Shown: one piece after another, positions 10,648 to 21,132 of the stretch
Layout of the letters: every line of letters starts with the position of its first letter
Numbering within the stretch: position 1 is the first letter of the stretch
NCBI GenBank assembly: GCA_963667015.2
Contig: CAXXJJ010000004.1
Location: forward strand, 1,600,001-1,664,000
Source of the DNA: Desulfatiglandales bacterium
GTDB taxonomy: Bacteria > Desulfobacterota > DSM-4660 > Desulfatiglandales > HGW-15
Direction: 5' to 3'
Length of the DNA stretch: 64,000 nucleotides
Program-made: the position numbers and the translations under genes
The notes under the pieces: model-generated
What the model was told of the DNA's origin: nothing
The model's input: the letters and a program-made list of their open reading frames with translations, nothing else
The model's database searches: none

Positions 10648-13119
10648 TTATATTTTCCCAAGGGCCTTAAGGACCCTTTCAGGAGTGGTTGGATATTCCA
10701 GGACCCATTTACCGGTTGCATTGAATACTGCTCCTGCGGTTATTCCCGACAGAGAACCGCCGGTGTCCTCTCCGATACCGGCAGCGCCATAGGACGAATA
10801 GCCAAGATGACTTTCATTAAGGATGCAATTGATTTCCGGGTAGTCATTCATTGTCCCGATGTGATAATTGATATTGTCAAAATTCAAACCAACACCGGTG
10901 TTCGGGCAGTAGATTTTTTCTTCGGTTGCACTTCTCCCAAGTCCCATGAAAGCACCGCCATATTGCTGGGCTTCTGCTCCGCGACGGTTAAACAGATGCC
11001 CTACATCGTTGACACATACCAGATTTATAACAATTACTTCCCCGGTCTCCACATCCACCTCTACTTCCATAAAATGTGCCTGCCGGCTCATGATATACAT
11101 CTCTCTGTGTGGCTTTCCGTTTAAAGTCAATCCTGACACCTCAGGGACAACCGGATGGATGATTGAGGGATCATCTCCCCAGAATGCTCCGGCCACCTCC
11201 TTTATGCTTTTTTTATTTTGAGGATTGGCCTTTTCAAATATAATACCTTCTTTAACATCGAGATCTTCCGCTTTTTTTCCGGGAAACGCGGATTGAGCAG
11301 GTTTGGATCCCGGAAACATCGGACTCGAAGGGGGGCGAATAGCATAATCAATGATCTTTTTTTTCAACTCTCTGGCCGCAACTATCAATTGAGGAGTGTT
11401 CCGGGTTATACCCATTGCTCCACCGGGAATCCAGAATCGATAAGTGTTCGCATCCGATCGTTGTTGCTGGAGCACTACGTCATCATATCTTATTCCCGCT
11501 TCTGCTGCGACACAGTAACGGAAAGCCGATTCGGTATCCACTCCGAAATCAGCGCGCATTCCTATAATCGTGAGTTTACCGTCACGCAGCACCAGACAGG
11601 CGAAATGTCTGCCAGGCATCCAGCTCCACTCGTTGATATGGACAAACCCTAGGCCATGCATCCTCCCGTTTTTAAGCTTTTTAGTCCCCGGTGCATGCCA
11701 TTTTTTGTCCCACTGGATTGCTTCTTTTCCCTTTTCAATAACTTCCTTAAGGCTGTGCCTTTGAGGAAAATCGTTCTCCTTCTGGTACTCTGTTATCCAG
11801 TCCCAGTCGTGTCCCATGCAGCCGTCATTTTTAAGGGCAACTTCTGTCGGATCAAGCCCGAATTCCGCAGCAACGTGATCAAACATAACATTATGTGGGA
11901 CGCAGCATTGAGTTCCGTGCCTGAAGCAGATGTGAGGACCATGGTTGATCATGCCCCATTCCTGCGTGTTGCGCATATTGGAAATTTTTGTGCACTTATG
12001 TGTTTTATCAATATGCAGTTCCCCGGCAGGTCCCACGACATGCCAGTCCAGAGCCGTGATGGTTCCGTCTTTTTTGGCGCCCACCTTGCATCTGAAAATT
12101 GCAGCGTCATCCCCGGTAAGATAAAAATGGCTTTCATCGTACAGCAGTTTAACCGGCCTGTTACTGGCCCTCTTTGCAATGATTGCAGCCATTCGTATAA
12201 ATGCTGTGGAGTATCCAAGCCATGAAATACCCCCATACCAGGCTCCCTGGTATGGTATGGTCACATTTATTTTGTTAGATTCACAAATAGGAGGAAGAGG
12301 ATCTTTTCTATCCTTTGGCGGGGATTCTACATCAGCCTCGATGCTCCCATAACCGAATGAAATGAATGACAAGCCAACGGTATAAATGTTTGGATTGCTC
12401 AGCATGGGCTCAACATGAGCAGCATGGTGGGGCCAGATATCCAGAAAATCTCCTCTCCACTGAGCGACACAGGCCATCCCTTCCACACCTGCTACTGTAT
12501 TGGGGCCTCTTGTGAAGGTATACTCAATTACCCTGTCTGCCTCGGCGAATCCTTTGCTGACATCCCCGATCTCGGTTGAGTTGGTCAGAACAGTATTTGG
12601 ATCTTTTGCGCTTTTATTCAATCGAATAACTTCGGGCATGATTTTAGGTGCACCGGGTTTCAGAGACTCTTCCATGTCCAGAATAAAAGGTCTCTCTTCC
12701 CATTCTATTTCTATCAGCCGGAGTGCGGAATCACATATTTCTTCGCTGTCTGCTACTACAACAACTCCCATAGGATGCTGATAGAAATCACCTGTATCGG
12801 GAAGAGTCAGAATATTGTATTCGCTGGAACAATATCCGCCCCTGGTATTTTCAAACTTAACATCGGGATCATCGAACCTCAATATATCCCGAACTCCGGT
12901 CAGAGCTTCAGCCTTGCTCGTATCCATTTTTATTATTTTGGCATGGGCATAGGGTGAGGTAAGTATTTTTGCATACAGCATACCGGGCAAACTCACATCC
13001 CTTGTGTAGACCGCCTGGCCCGACACCTTGTCGTGACCGTCCTGCCGGGATGCGTTATAATCAAGAGCAGAAAAATTTTCAGGGGGTTTCCATGTCCAGG
13101 GTCTGTAATCTTCAGGCAT
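10648..13119 (-). CDS. XDH-family molybdopterin-binding subunit, copy 2 (intact)
   Basis: KVSGQAVYTRD, LTSPYAHAKI, EVEVDVETGEV, catalytic GIGE, YPTTPERVL; ATG 13119 chosen by alignment to copy 1. Confidence 0.92.
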   Translation of the reverse strand: MPEDYRPWTWKPPENFSALDYNASRQDGHDKVSGQAVYTRDVSLPGMLYAKILTSPYAHAKIIKMDTSKAEALTGVRDILRFDDPDVKFENTRGGYCSSEYNILTLPDTGDFYQHPMGVVVVADSEEICDSALRLIEIEWEERPFILDMEESLKPGAPKIMPEVIRLNKSAKDPNTVLTNSTEIGDVSKGFAEADRVIEYTFTRGPNTVAGVEGMACVAQWRGDFLDIWPHHAAHVEPMLSNPNIYTVGLSFISFGYGSIEADVESPPKDRKDPLPPICESNKINVTIPYQGAWYGGISWLGYSTAFIRMAAIIAKRASNRPVKLLYDESHFYLTGDDAAIFRCKVGAKKDGTITALDWHVVGPAGELHIDKTHKCTKISNMRNTQEWGMINHGPHICFRHGTQCCVPHNVMFDHVAAEFGLDPTEVALKNDGCMGHDWDWITEYQKENDFPQRHSLKEVIEKGKEAIQWDKKWHAPGTKKLKNGRMHGLGFVHINEWSWMPGRHFACLVLRDGKLTIIGMRADFGVDTESAFRYCVAAEAGIRYDDVVLQQQRSDANTYRFWIPGGAMGITRNTPQLIVAARELKKKIIDYAIRPPSSPMFPGSKPAQSAFPGKKAEDLDVKEGIIFEKANPQNKKSIKEVAGAFWGDDPSIIHPVVPEVSGLTLNGKPHREMYIMSRQAHFMEVEVDVETGEVIVINLVCVNDVGHLFNRRGAEAQQYGGAFMGLGRSATEEKIYCPNTGVGLNFDNINYHIGTMNDYPEINCILNESHLGYSSYGAAGIGEDTGGSLSGITAGAVFNATGKWVLEYPTTPERVLKALGKI

Positions 13120-13416
13120 ATTTTCCCTCAGTACTAGATGTGAAACATGTAGATAATTGAAAAATCGATTTCGTTTTGGTGGGCGAAGTATAAAGAATAA
13201 GCCACTGCATGTCAAAATATATTCAGATTTGAAATATTACAACAGAATCTCAATGAACGTCATTACATATAGAATCAATACGTTATGATTTATTCAGGAA
13301 AATTCCATTTTTCATGAGCACATATTTATTCCTTCATTTTTATAATTTATTCAGTTATATTCCCACGGATTAAATAATTTTGTCGGTATTTTTTAACAGT
13401 AAAAGGAGATATGTAA

Positions 13417-14439
13417 ATGCTTTCCGCGAAACAGAACTTTCTGGAAACAGTAAAAAAAGATGGCCAGCCAGACCGTCTTATTGATCAATATGAAAATATG
13501 GTTTTCTTCCCCGCAGATCCTGTGGCTGGTTTCGCTAGGGGAAAACGTTACCAGGGCATGGAGCCCATTCGTGATAAATGGGGTACTCTTATTCTATGGC
13601 CAAAGGAGCAGATAGCTGCAATGCCCCATGTTACAGCCGATGATAAGGTTGTCCCGGATATATGTGAATGGAAAAAGACTGCAATAGCCCCTGATATTGT
13701 CGGCAACTGTTCAAATCCTGCCCTCTGGGAACCGGCACTTGAGACAATTTCAAAGATAGACCGTGAAAACAATCTTTTAATGGCCTTCATGCCCACCGGT
13801 GTATTTGAACAGCTGCATTTTCTCATGGGCTTTGAGGACACTCTCCTTAATTTTCTGGCAGAGCCTGAATGCATGATGGAGCTTTGCGATTATGTCGGGG
13901 AATACAGGTTCAACTACATGAAACTGATAGTGGACAACCTTAAGCCGGATATCATGCTTACCCACGATGACTGGGGCAGTAAAAACAGCATGTTTATGAG
14001 CCCTGACACATGGAGAGAATTTATAAAACCCCAGTATGTGAAAACCTATAAATATATGAATGATAATGGGGTTATTATCATGCACCATGCGGATTCATTC
14101 CTGGAGCCCATTGTGGAAGACATGGTTGAACTGGGAATTGATATCTGGCAGGGCGCCCTTCCCCAGAACGATATTCCCAAAATACAGAAACAGCTTGAAG
14201 GACGCATGGTTATAATGGGCGGTATAGATGCTGCCATAGTTGACCGGGCGGATGCACCGGAAGAAACAATTCGTTCTGAGATCAGAAGGGCTCTTGAAGA
14301 ATACACCCCGGGCGGAAGTTTCATTCCGTGCCTTACCTATGGCGCTCCGGGCAGTATATATGAAAATGTTGATAGAATCGTCACTGAAGAGATTAATATC
14401 TTTAACAGGGAAAGATACAGCGAATTGACAAACAAATAA
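13417..14439 (+). CDS. Uroporphyrinogen decarboxylase (URO-D)/MtaA-like methyltransferase family protein
   Basis: GVFEQLHFLMGFE, HDDWGS...FMSP..WREFIKP, HHADS, MGGID, PGGSFIP. Confidence 0.85.
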   Translation: MLSAKQNFLETVKKDGQPDRLIDQYENMVFFPADPVAGFARGKRYQGMEPIRDKWGTLILWPKEQIAAMPHVTADDKVVPDICEWKKTAIAPDIVGNCSNPALWEPALETISKIDRENNLLMAFMPTGVFEQLHFLMGFEDTLLNFLAEPECMMELCDYVGEYRFNYMKLIVDNLKPDIMLTHDDWGSKNSMFMSPDTWREFIKPQYVKTYKYMNDNGVIIMHHADSFLEPIVEDMVELGIDIWQGALPQNDIPKIQKQLEGRMVIMGGIDAAIVDRADAPEETIRSEIRRALEEYTPGGSFIPCLTYGAPGSIYENVDRIVTEEINIFNRERYSELTNK

Positions 14440-14450
14440 TCAGCCGAATA

Positions 14451-14501
14451 AAAACGGGAATGCAGTCTGGATTTTTAAAAATCCGCAAACATTCCCGTTT
14501 T
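14451..14501. terminator. Probable bidirectional terminator between convergent genes
   Basis: aaaacgggaatg ... cattcccgtttt inverted repeat with an inner ggattttt/aaaaatcc stem. Confidence 0.65.
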
Positions 14502-14515
14502 AGATTTCTCCCCTC

Positions 14516-15289
14516 TTACTTCCCTGACATTATTGTATTCACATATGCTACAAACTCATCTCCATATTTTTTATGATTGGCTGATTCCCACATTTTCCGG
14601 TAAGACTTTATGCGGAATAGTTTTCTATACATATTGTCCCAGCGCGCCCATATTTCATCGGATATTATTCCCCTGCTATGATCCTGGAAAGCGGCTTCCA
14701 ATATGGTAATTTTATTTAATTTTAAATCCGGCTCCGGAGGATTTCCAACAAATATGCTGTCTTTATATCGATTTCTGGCCTCTTCTCTATAAAATTGCTG
14801 CAGTTCATGGGCATTTATCATGGCTACTGCCAGTTCGGGGTTTCTGGCAGCCAGAGCCTTCATCTCCCTGTTCAGGGCTCTGGTTTTATGGGCATTTTGT
14901 ACCGCCAGTTGATGTTCGGATATATATATGGCGCCATCAAGCGCCATCATTGTGTCTAAAGCCTCCTCCCTTGCCTTTCTCATATATTCTACATCGCATC
15001 TCCAGTATTTAATCCTTGTTCCGGTCGGAGCACGCCATTCACATGTAATATCAAAATCATCTGTACTGTTAAGGTTATTAAACACCTCAAACTTTAGCTC
15101 TTCTGCCCTGATCACTTCCTTTTTAAGTGCATGCATCGAGCTATCACCTCTCACTACGACTTCGGGTAGCGTATATTCCAATGAATCACTGTCGGTGGAT
15201 AATTTATTATGATCAACCTCTGCAAAAAGACCCGAGTTCAAAAAACAAGACAAAAAAATCAGTAATAATATTTTTAATTTAATATCCAT
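14516..15289 (-). CDS. Secreted hypothetical protein, paralogue B
   Basis: Signal peptide; shares EYTLPE.., FEVFNNLNSTDDFDITCEW.AP.GT.IK and PELA.A.INAHEL with 15354-16124. Confidence 0.8.
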   Translation of the reverse strand: MDIKLKILLLIFLSCFLNSGLFAEVDHNKLSTDSDSLEYTLPEVVVRGDSSMHALKKEVIRAEELKFEVFNNLNSTDDFDITCEWRAPTGTRIKYWRCDVEYMRKAREEALDTMMALDGAIYISEHQLAVQNAHKTRALNREMKALAARNPELAVAMINAHELQQFYREEARNRYKDSIFVGNPPEPDLKLNKITILEAAFQDHSRGIISDEIWARWDNMYRKLFRIKSYRKMWESANHKKYGDEFVAYVNTIMSGK

Positions 15290-15353
15290 GATTATTCCTC
15301 CTGTTTTTTAATAAGGCACCTGACTACCGGCCTTTGATAATATAGTGACAGCT

Positions 15354-16124
15354 CTAATCCTTTGAAATGATTGAATTGACGTATGCTACAAAGTCATCTC
15401 CATATTTATTATGCCTGGTTGATTTCCACACGTTCCGGTATGATTTTAGATTAAATATTTTTCTGTAGGTACTGTCCCAGCGTTTCCAGGTTGTATCTGA
15501 TATTACTCCATTACTGTGATCCTCGAATGCTGCTGCCCAGATATCAAGTTTGTTAAAAGCCAGATCAGGCTCCGGGTCTCCGACTAATATACTGTCTTTA
15601 TATCGCTTTTTTTGCTCCTGCTTATATAGTTGTTCCAACTCATGGGCGTTTATGATGGCTATTGCCAGTTCAGGGTGTTGCATGGCAAGGGTTTTCATTT
15701 CCTTATTCAAGGCTCTTGCTCTATTGGCATTTTTTATTAACAAATTATGATCTGATGGCAATATTGGACTATGACCTTGCCGCCAGTCACGTATACCGTC
15801 AGCTCTTGCCTTTTTCATATAGCCGACATCGCAACTCCATCTTTTGATGTTTGTCCCAAGAGGGGCGTGCCATTCACAGGTAATATCAAAATCATCAGTG
15901 CTGTTGAGATTATTAAACACCTCAAACTTGATCTCTTCAGCATGGATTACCTCCATTCGCAGTGAATGCATTGAATTATCACCTTCCACTATAATTTCCG
16001 GCAGGGTATACTCCAGTGAATCACTGCCAGCGGTGACTTCTTTAGGTTTATCTTCCGCAAAGCTACCTGAACTCAATAAACAGCACAAAAAAATAAATAA
16101 TACTATTCTTAATTTCCTAACCAT
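15354..16124 (-). CDS. Secreted hypothetical protein, paralogue A
   Basis: Signal peptide; tandem paralogue of 14516-15289. Confidence 0.8.
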   Translation of the reverse strand: MVRKLRIVLFIFLCCLLSSGSFAEDKPKEVTAGSDSLEYTLPEIIVEGDNSMHSLRMEVIHAEEIKFEVFNNLNSTDDFDITCEWHAPLGTNIKRWSCDVGYMKKARADGIRDWRQGHSPILPSDHNLLIKNANRARALNKEMKTLAMQHPELAIAIINAHELEQLYKQEQKKRYKDSILVGDPEPDLAFNKLDIWAAAFEDHSNGVISDTTWKRWDSTYRKIFNLKSYRNVWKSTRHNKYGDDFVAYVNSIISKD

Positions 16125-16146
16125 ATTTATTCCCCCTTATTTTTAT

Positions 16147-18420
16147 CTATTTGTTTGCCGACCAGTTATCAAAGGCCTGGACATAATCGTTGGACTGAGC
16201 TACCTGGCCCACCGGGACAGGACCTCTCTTTCTAAATAAAAGTTCTGGACTCTGATACGACACACGCATTTTTCCTGATTCATTCCATTTGCAGTAATCC
16301 GCCATTTTTTTTCTGACAGTACTCTCCGGGTTTAGAGTAAGGGCCGTTTTGTAATCAGCGGCTGCTTTGTTATATTTCTTTAAATAATGATAATAAGTTC
16401 CCCTGTTGATATAGGCGCTGACGTATCGGGGATTTAACTCTATGGCCCTGTTAAAATCATTTAATGCATTTTGATATTGTTTCTTTGAAAAATAGGCCAA
16501 CCCCCGGCTGTTATAAACCACACCATCTTCAGGATTCAATTTTAACGCCTTGTTGTAATCGGATATTGAATCATCAAACCTGTTCCGGCTCAGATAAATA
16601 CTTCCACGGTCTTCATAGGCTGCAATAAGATCAGGATTTAACTCAATAGCTTTATTGTAATCAGTTATGGCTTTTTCAAAATAACCCTGGATAAAATAGA
16701 CACTTCCACGATTCTGGTAGGCAACAGCAAGGTCGGGATTTATCTTAACAGCCCTATCATAATCAGTAATGGCATTATCATACCGGCCCAGCCTCTGATA
16801 TACAGAACCTCGGGCAACATAGGCCACAGCATTCCCCGAATCAAGATCTATGGCCCTGCTAAAACTGGAAACCGCATCCTCAAATCGGCCATTCTTTATG
16901 AAGGAAGTTCCCATGGAAATGAATTCATCAGCATTTTCAGTTTTAAGCTCAACATTCCTGCTGCCTGAATCTGAAGTCCATTTAACCGGGGTTTTCCCTT
17001 CAGCCAGTACCATGCTGTCTTTTGTATCGGTACTTGCTGCAGTTACCTGGACCGCCTTGAAGGGTTCGGTTTTCGCTTCATGGTTCTCAACGGTTTTAAC
17101 CCTTGCATTTGCCATTACTATTGCGGGGCTTTCATTTTTCAATATCTGCTCATCTGAAGATTCGATACGTGATGTTCTCCCGGCTTTTGAGATAGCACCG
17201 AGACTGCTCTGAACCGGCTTTTTATTGATTATTTCAGGGGCCTTGTTATTTATTTCCGGTTTAGCGGAGACCTGATAGCTGCCTGGTTTGTAATTAGCTT
17301 CATTATATTTATCCTGGTCACTATCAGTGGAGCGTGCCTGGCTGGGCGGAGCGTTTAAGATCCCGAGTATAAGAGGTATACCAAGCACTGCCAGTCCTGC
17401 CATTGCTAAAAAAAGCCTTTTTACAATGCTCATATTATGACCTGTCTGATTTTTCATAATGCCCTCCAGACGTTTTTTTAAATTGGATCCAACAACGCCT
17501 GAGACACATACTAAAGGAGCCTTGAAGTAATACTCACACACCTTAAGTATCCCTTCGGCATATACGCCCGGATTTTTACCTGACTTCAATACAGATTCAT
17601 CGCAGGCAAGTTCGCGTTCAAAAACAAGTCTTGAGCCTGTAAACCATACGAGCGGATGAAACCAGAACAGTGCCTGCACAATCATATGTATTGAGGCTAT
17701 AAGGTTGTCTCTGCATCTGATGTGTTCAAATTCATGTAATAAAATGGCTTCAAGTTCCGAGTCATTTACGTGATCAAGTATTCCGGACGGCAGCAGAAGT
17801 ACAGGTCTAAAAATACCATACACACCGGGTTCCATTGCGTCCCTGGTGGAAGCCAGTCGAACAGCTTTCGATATCCTGTTTTCCTGTTTTATCCGATGGA
17901 AGGCTTCCAGCCTGTGGCTGTCAATAAGAGGCTCAGCATTTTGTGCCATCCTGGATACCCGTACATCCCGTTTGTGCCAGCTTACTAAAATCGCGCATGT
18001 TCCGCATAACCAGAGGACGAATAATACACCCGGTATTTTATGTGATACTGGTGAAGAATCAACTGCACCTGCTGCGGGTGCAACATTTTTTATATCTGTT
18101 CCAGGGAGGACCTCTTTCAGGACCGAAGGGTTGAAGGGCTGGTTTATTGCATGGATTACCTTAAATTGTGCAGAAATTTCAGGAGGCGTGTTCATCCATT
18201 CCGGGGCAATAAAATTGCCAAGTGTTACTATAATGGAAAATGGTATCAGAAACTTGACAGTAACAGAAAACCAGATCCAGAACCTGATGCGTGCCCGATT
18301 TTTTTTAAGAAATATCGTAACCAGCCAGGCTGCGGATGCAAACAGGGTTGACTGCCAGAGATGGTTTGCAATACCTGACCAGAAGACACTGCCTAAGGAG
18401 AGGAGATCAGCATTGATCAT
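16147..18420 (-). CDS. BlaR1/MecR1-type M56 metallopeptidase with a C-terminal TPR array
   Basis: TM segments; ILLHEFEHI (HExxH), FWFHPLVW, ERELACD; about six TPRs (AYxxRG...AIxDYxKAIELNP). Confidence 0.92.
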   Translation of the reverse strand: MINADLLSLGSVFWSGIANHLWQSTLFASAAWLVTIFLKKNRARIRFWIWFSVTVKFLIPFSIIVTLGNFIAPEWMNTPPEISAQFKVIHAINQPFNPSVLKEVLPGTDIKNVAPAAGAVDSSPVSHKIPGVLFVLWLCGTCAILVSWHKRDVRVSRMAQNAEPLIDSHRLEAFHRIKQENRISKAVRLASTRDAMEPGVYGIFRPVLLLPSGILDHVNDSELEAILLHEFEHIRCRDNLIASIHMIVQALFWFHPLVWFTGSRLVFERELACDESVLKSGKNPGVYAEGILKVCEYYFKAPLVCVSGVVGSNLKKRLEGIMKNQTGHNMSIVKRLFLAMAGLAVLGIPLILGILNAPPSQARSTDSDQDKYNEANYKPGSYQVSAKPEINNKAPEIINKKPVQSSLGAISKAGRTSRIESSDEQILKNESPAIVMANARVKTVENHEAKTEPFKAVQVTAASTDTKDSMVLAEGKTPVKWTSDSGSRNVELKTENADEFISMGTSFIKNGRFEDAVSSFSRAIDLDSGNAVAYVARGSVYQRLGRYDNAITDYDRAVKINPDLAVAYQNRGSVYFIQGYFEKAITDYNKAIELNPDLIAAYEDRGSIYLSRNRFDDSISDYNKALKLNPEDGVVYNSRGLAYFSKKQYQNALNDFNRAIELNPRYVSAYINRGTYYHYLKKYNKAAADYKTALTLNPESTVRKKMADYCKWNESGKMRVSYQSPELLFRKRGPVPVGQVAQSNDYVQAFDNWSANK

Positions 18421-18434
18421 TGTTATTCCTCCTG

Positions 18435-18803
18435 TTAACCTATTTTTTTGATTGTTGCCTTTGCTTCTTCCAGATCTTCAATAGTAAGTTTTCCGGTTTC
18501 TATGAGATGAGACATAACAGGCTGCACACTTCCCCCGAACAGAGCAAGTAGATTGTCGATCAGTTTTCCATGTGCGGCATTCCTGGAGATTGAAGCATCA
18601 AAAATATGGGCATTACCGATCTTTTTAGTCCTGTGGATCACTTTTTTATTTTCCATACGATACACAGTAGTTTGAACGGTGGTGTATGCGGGTCGTCCCT
18701 TTTCAGGAAAAGTCTCCTGAATTTCCCGGATTGATGAAGCCCCTTTATTCCACAGTGCTTCCATAATCTTGAGTTCCAGCTTTGTCAGCTTTGGTGATTT
18801 CAT
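18435..18803 (-). CDS. BlaI/MecI/CopY family repressor
   Basis: LTKLELKIMEALW, AYTTVQTTVYRME.K, LFGGS. Confidence 0.92.
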   Translation of the reverse strand: MKSPKLTKLELKIMEALWNKGASSIREIQETFPEKGRPAYTTVQTTVYRMENKKVIHRTKKIGNAHIFDASISRNAAHGKLIDNLLALFGGSVQPVMSHLIETGKLTIEDLEEAKATIKKIG

Positions 18804-18829
18804 TCAGCTACTACCTCCAAGGTTTAATT

Positions 18830-18874
18830 ACTATCGTTGTAGTAGATTCTACTCTTAGCATAGTACCATGTCAA
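18830..18874 (-). promoter_or_regulatory. Sigma70 promoter of the blaI-like operon with two candidate repressor boxes
   Basis: Minus strand TTGACA-17 nt-TAGAAT; dyads ACTATCGTTGTAGT (18830-18843) and ACTCTTAGCATAGT (18851-18864). Confidence 0.75.
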
Positions 18875-19070
18875 TAAAATAATTCACTTTATTATGTTAT
18901 TAATTTAAGAGGAAGGTAGAGCAGATGCAACTATCTGAAATAAAATTGAATTACAATACTCTATAAAAGAATTTACTAAAAGGTTGCACAGAGACATACC
19001 CATTTCCTGTTTCTGCATTCTTTTCCGGCCTTTACTTATTTCCGGGTATTTCAGGTCTGGACCGCTTGAT

Positions 19071-20906
19071 CTACTTGAAAGTCTGTACAAATGTTGCTTT
19101 CAGTCTTTCGTCCTTTGTAAAAACAGTAACATTTATTTCAGCTGTCACAGTACCCGATGCAGTGCCATGAATATTTGCATCCAGTGAACCCATCTGGGTA
19201 TCATAAATGTTTTTACCCTTGTAGCGTGCCGCAGCATTGGAAAACTGATCATTAATCGTTACCTTTCCCTGCATGACAAACGGATTTCCTTCCATCTGTG
19301 GATCCATTCCCCTGGCACTGAACTGCAGTGCTCCATCATCTCTTATAGACCAACTGGCGCCTTCAAAAATAGACCGCAGATAGGCCTCTGCCTGTGCTGC
19401 AGGCTGTTCCTGCCATGATTTGCCAAGTCCGGTGAACACACCGGAAGAAGAGCCCCCTGAATGTTTTTCCAAGGACACCTTATCTATACGGGCAATGGAA
19501 CCTGCCCTGTGTAAACCAATTAACTCACGCAGGGTAAGTGATCGCGTAGCCTGGACCTGAGCCTTCGGTCCGGCAGCCCTTAGAACTGCCACACCGTTGG
19601 GCCTCAGGCGTTCGCCAAAAGGCCATTTTGCCTGCCTTGAACCATCAATATTGAGGAGTAATAATCCGCCTGTCCCCTTAATTCCCTGGATATACAGTTC
19701 AGGGTCCGCAATGATATAGGTATCTGTTGACCACTGATCAGCACCGGTTGGACGACGCATAGGTCCGGAATTATGGTCAGGTGTTTTATAGGTGAGTTCT
19801 TCCAGAGCATTATCGGGATGAAGCACAAAAACACCGCCGTTAATTACTGATTCGGATACATAGTCATGTGAAGTATTGTAGGATTTGCTTCTAAACGTTT
19901 TTTTGCTCCCGGAGTCCACACACAAAATTCGACCGGAGGCATCTACTAATATCTGAGAAAGGGTTCGCCAGAAAGTGTCGTGTTCAGCTCCTCCCGGCTC
20001 CCTGTTAAGTATCATGCCAGTCACTTTTGGAGTATGGCCCGCCATATCAAAGGAAAAGACGCCGCCCTGGTTTTTCCAGATCCGAATAGGGACCTGCCGC
20101 CCTGTTGAATTGCCAACACCGGTAGGATCTGTATCAGATTCGAAAGGTTTAACAGGGACAAAAAAATCCAGGGCCTCGTTTGAGTGGGATGGTGACGGGC
20201 TCCAGGTTTCAAGCCTAAATCGTTCATGGGGCATATTGAGCATCTGGCCACCGGTAATTTCATACATATAGCTTGTCCCGATAATCATTCGACTGGTCGG
20301 TGTACCTGCAGCAGCTGTAATCTTGTAAAGGGGTTTATCCTTTCCGTCAAAAAGACACTGCAAAAAGCCCTTTTTATCAAGCCTCCATAATCCTGTAACC
20401 GAGTCGGCGACCAGTATCTGTCCGCCATGGTCCAATCCAAGACTCCGCGGATCACTAAAGGGACCGCCCTGGGACGCAGATGGTCCCTGAAAAGCAATGG
20501 AAGCCGTGCCGTCAGCGGAAATGCGCCAGATTTTTGTATTCTCTGTTTTTAATTTGGGGCGATCAAGTACATAAAAACATTTGGCTTCGGGATCGGCAAT
20601 CAGAGAGACCGGATTATAAAAAGAGGCATTGCCAAAAGGAATCGGACTTTTACCCACAAGGCGGTAAAGATTCGTTTTATAATTAGCGATGAAGACCACC
20701 AGGTCACGTTCATCTGTAGGAGGATTAACTCTGGTAAGAGACCAGGCTATTTGAGGCATCAGGACAATTGATAGCAATGCTAAAATCGATAAAAAATGAA
20801 AATATCTTCCGATCCGCTTGAGGCAGACAATTAATTTCCCTGGTAGTTCCAGTAGATTTTGAGATTGTGCAGGGCTAATTAAATGAGCAGGCAGGCACGT
20901 ATCCAT
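19071..20906 (-). CDS. Secreted hypothetical protein, NHL/beta-propeller-like
   Basis: Repeated P.sl..D...yVlD/ilVAD-type blades; hydrophobic signal near aa 35-56; true start uncertain. Confidence 0.65.
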   Translation of the reverse strand: MDTCLPAHLISPAQSQNLLELPGKLIVCLKRIGRYFHFLSILALLSIVLMPQIAWSLTRVNPPTDERDLVVFIANYKTNLYRLVGKSPIPFGNASFYNPVSLIADPEAKCFYVLDRPKLKTENTKIWRISADGTASIAFQGPSASQGGPFSDPRSLGLDHGGQILVADSVTGLWRLDKKGFLQCLFDGKDKPLYKITAAAGTPTSRMIIGTSYMYEITGGQMLNMPHERFRLETWSPSPSHSNEALDFFVPVKPFESDTDPTGVGNSTGRQVPIRIWKNQGGVFSFDMAGHTPKVTGMILNREPGGAEHDTFWRTLSQILVDASGRILCVDSGSKKTFRSKSYNTSHDYVSESVINGGVFVLHPDNALEELTYKTPDHNSGPMRRPTGADQWSTDTYIIADPELYIQGIKGTGGLLLLNIDGSRQAKWPFGERLRPNGVAVLRAAGPKAQVQATRSLTLRELIGLHRAGSIARIDKVSLEKHSGGSSSGVFTGLGKSWQEQPAAQAEAYLRSIFEGASWSIRDDGALQFSARGMDPQMEGNPFVMQGKVTINDQFSNAAARYKGKNIYDTQMGSLDANIHGTASGTVTAEINVTVFTKDERLKATFVQTFK

Positions 20907-21132
20907 AACAGTATCCTCACTTTAAACATGGTTTAACTGAACCGGGTTACTAACATCTATTTTAAAGGGGTAATTGGAGTTAATAATAAAATTTACTTTT
21001 AACTACCTGTAAAGTCAAAGCATTATTAAATAGCAAGGGTAATTATAAAAGATAAAAATTACTGGAGACAGGAATGTTTTTATATCATTAACAATGTTAC
21101 TGCGTAGTGGATTATATCTGTTTTTTATCCTG

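Larger units (their letters stand above)
3559..10680. repeat. Tandem duplication: about 3559-5240 repeated at about 8998-10680 (offset about 5.44 kb)
   Basis: Near-identical nucleotide sequence over the FAD gene and the 3' part of the Fe-S gene. Confidence 0.95.

Noticed and set aside
430..13160. Numerous antisense or overlapping ORFs (e.g. 597-1070, 4834-5301, 10273-11124, 11656-12225)
   Set aside because: They shadow well-supported genes on the opposite strand and lack motifs
13120..13215. Upstream TTG start for Mo subunit copy 2
   Set aside because: Alignment with copy 1 and the RBS favour ATG at 13119
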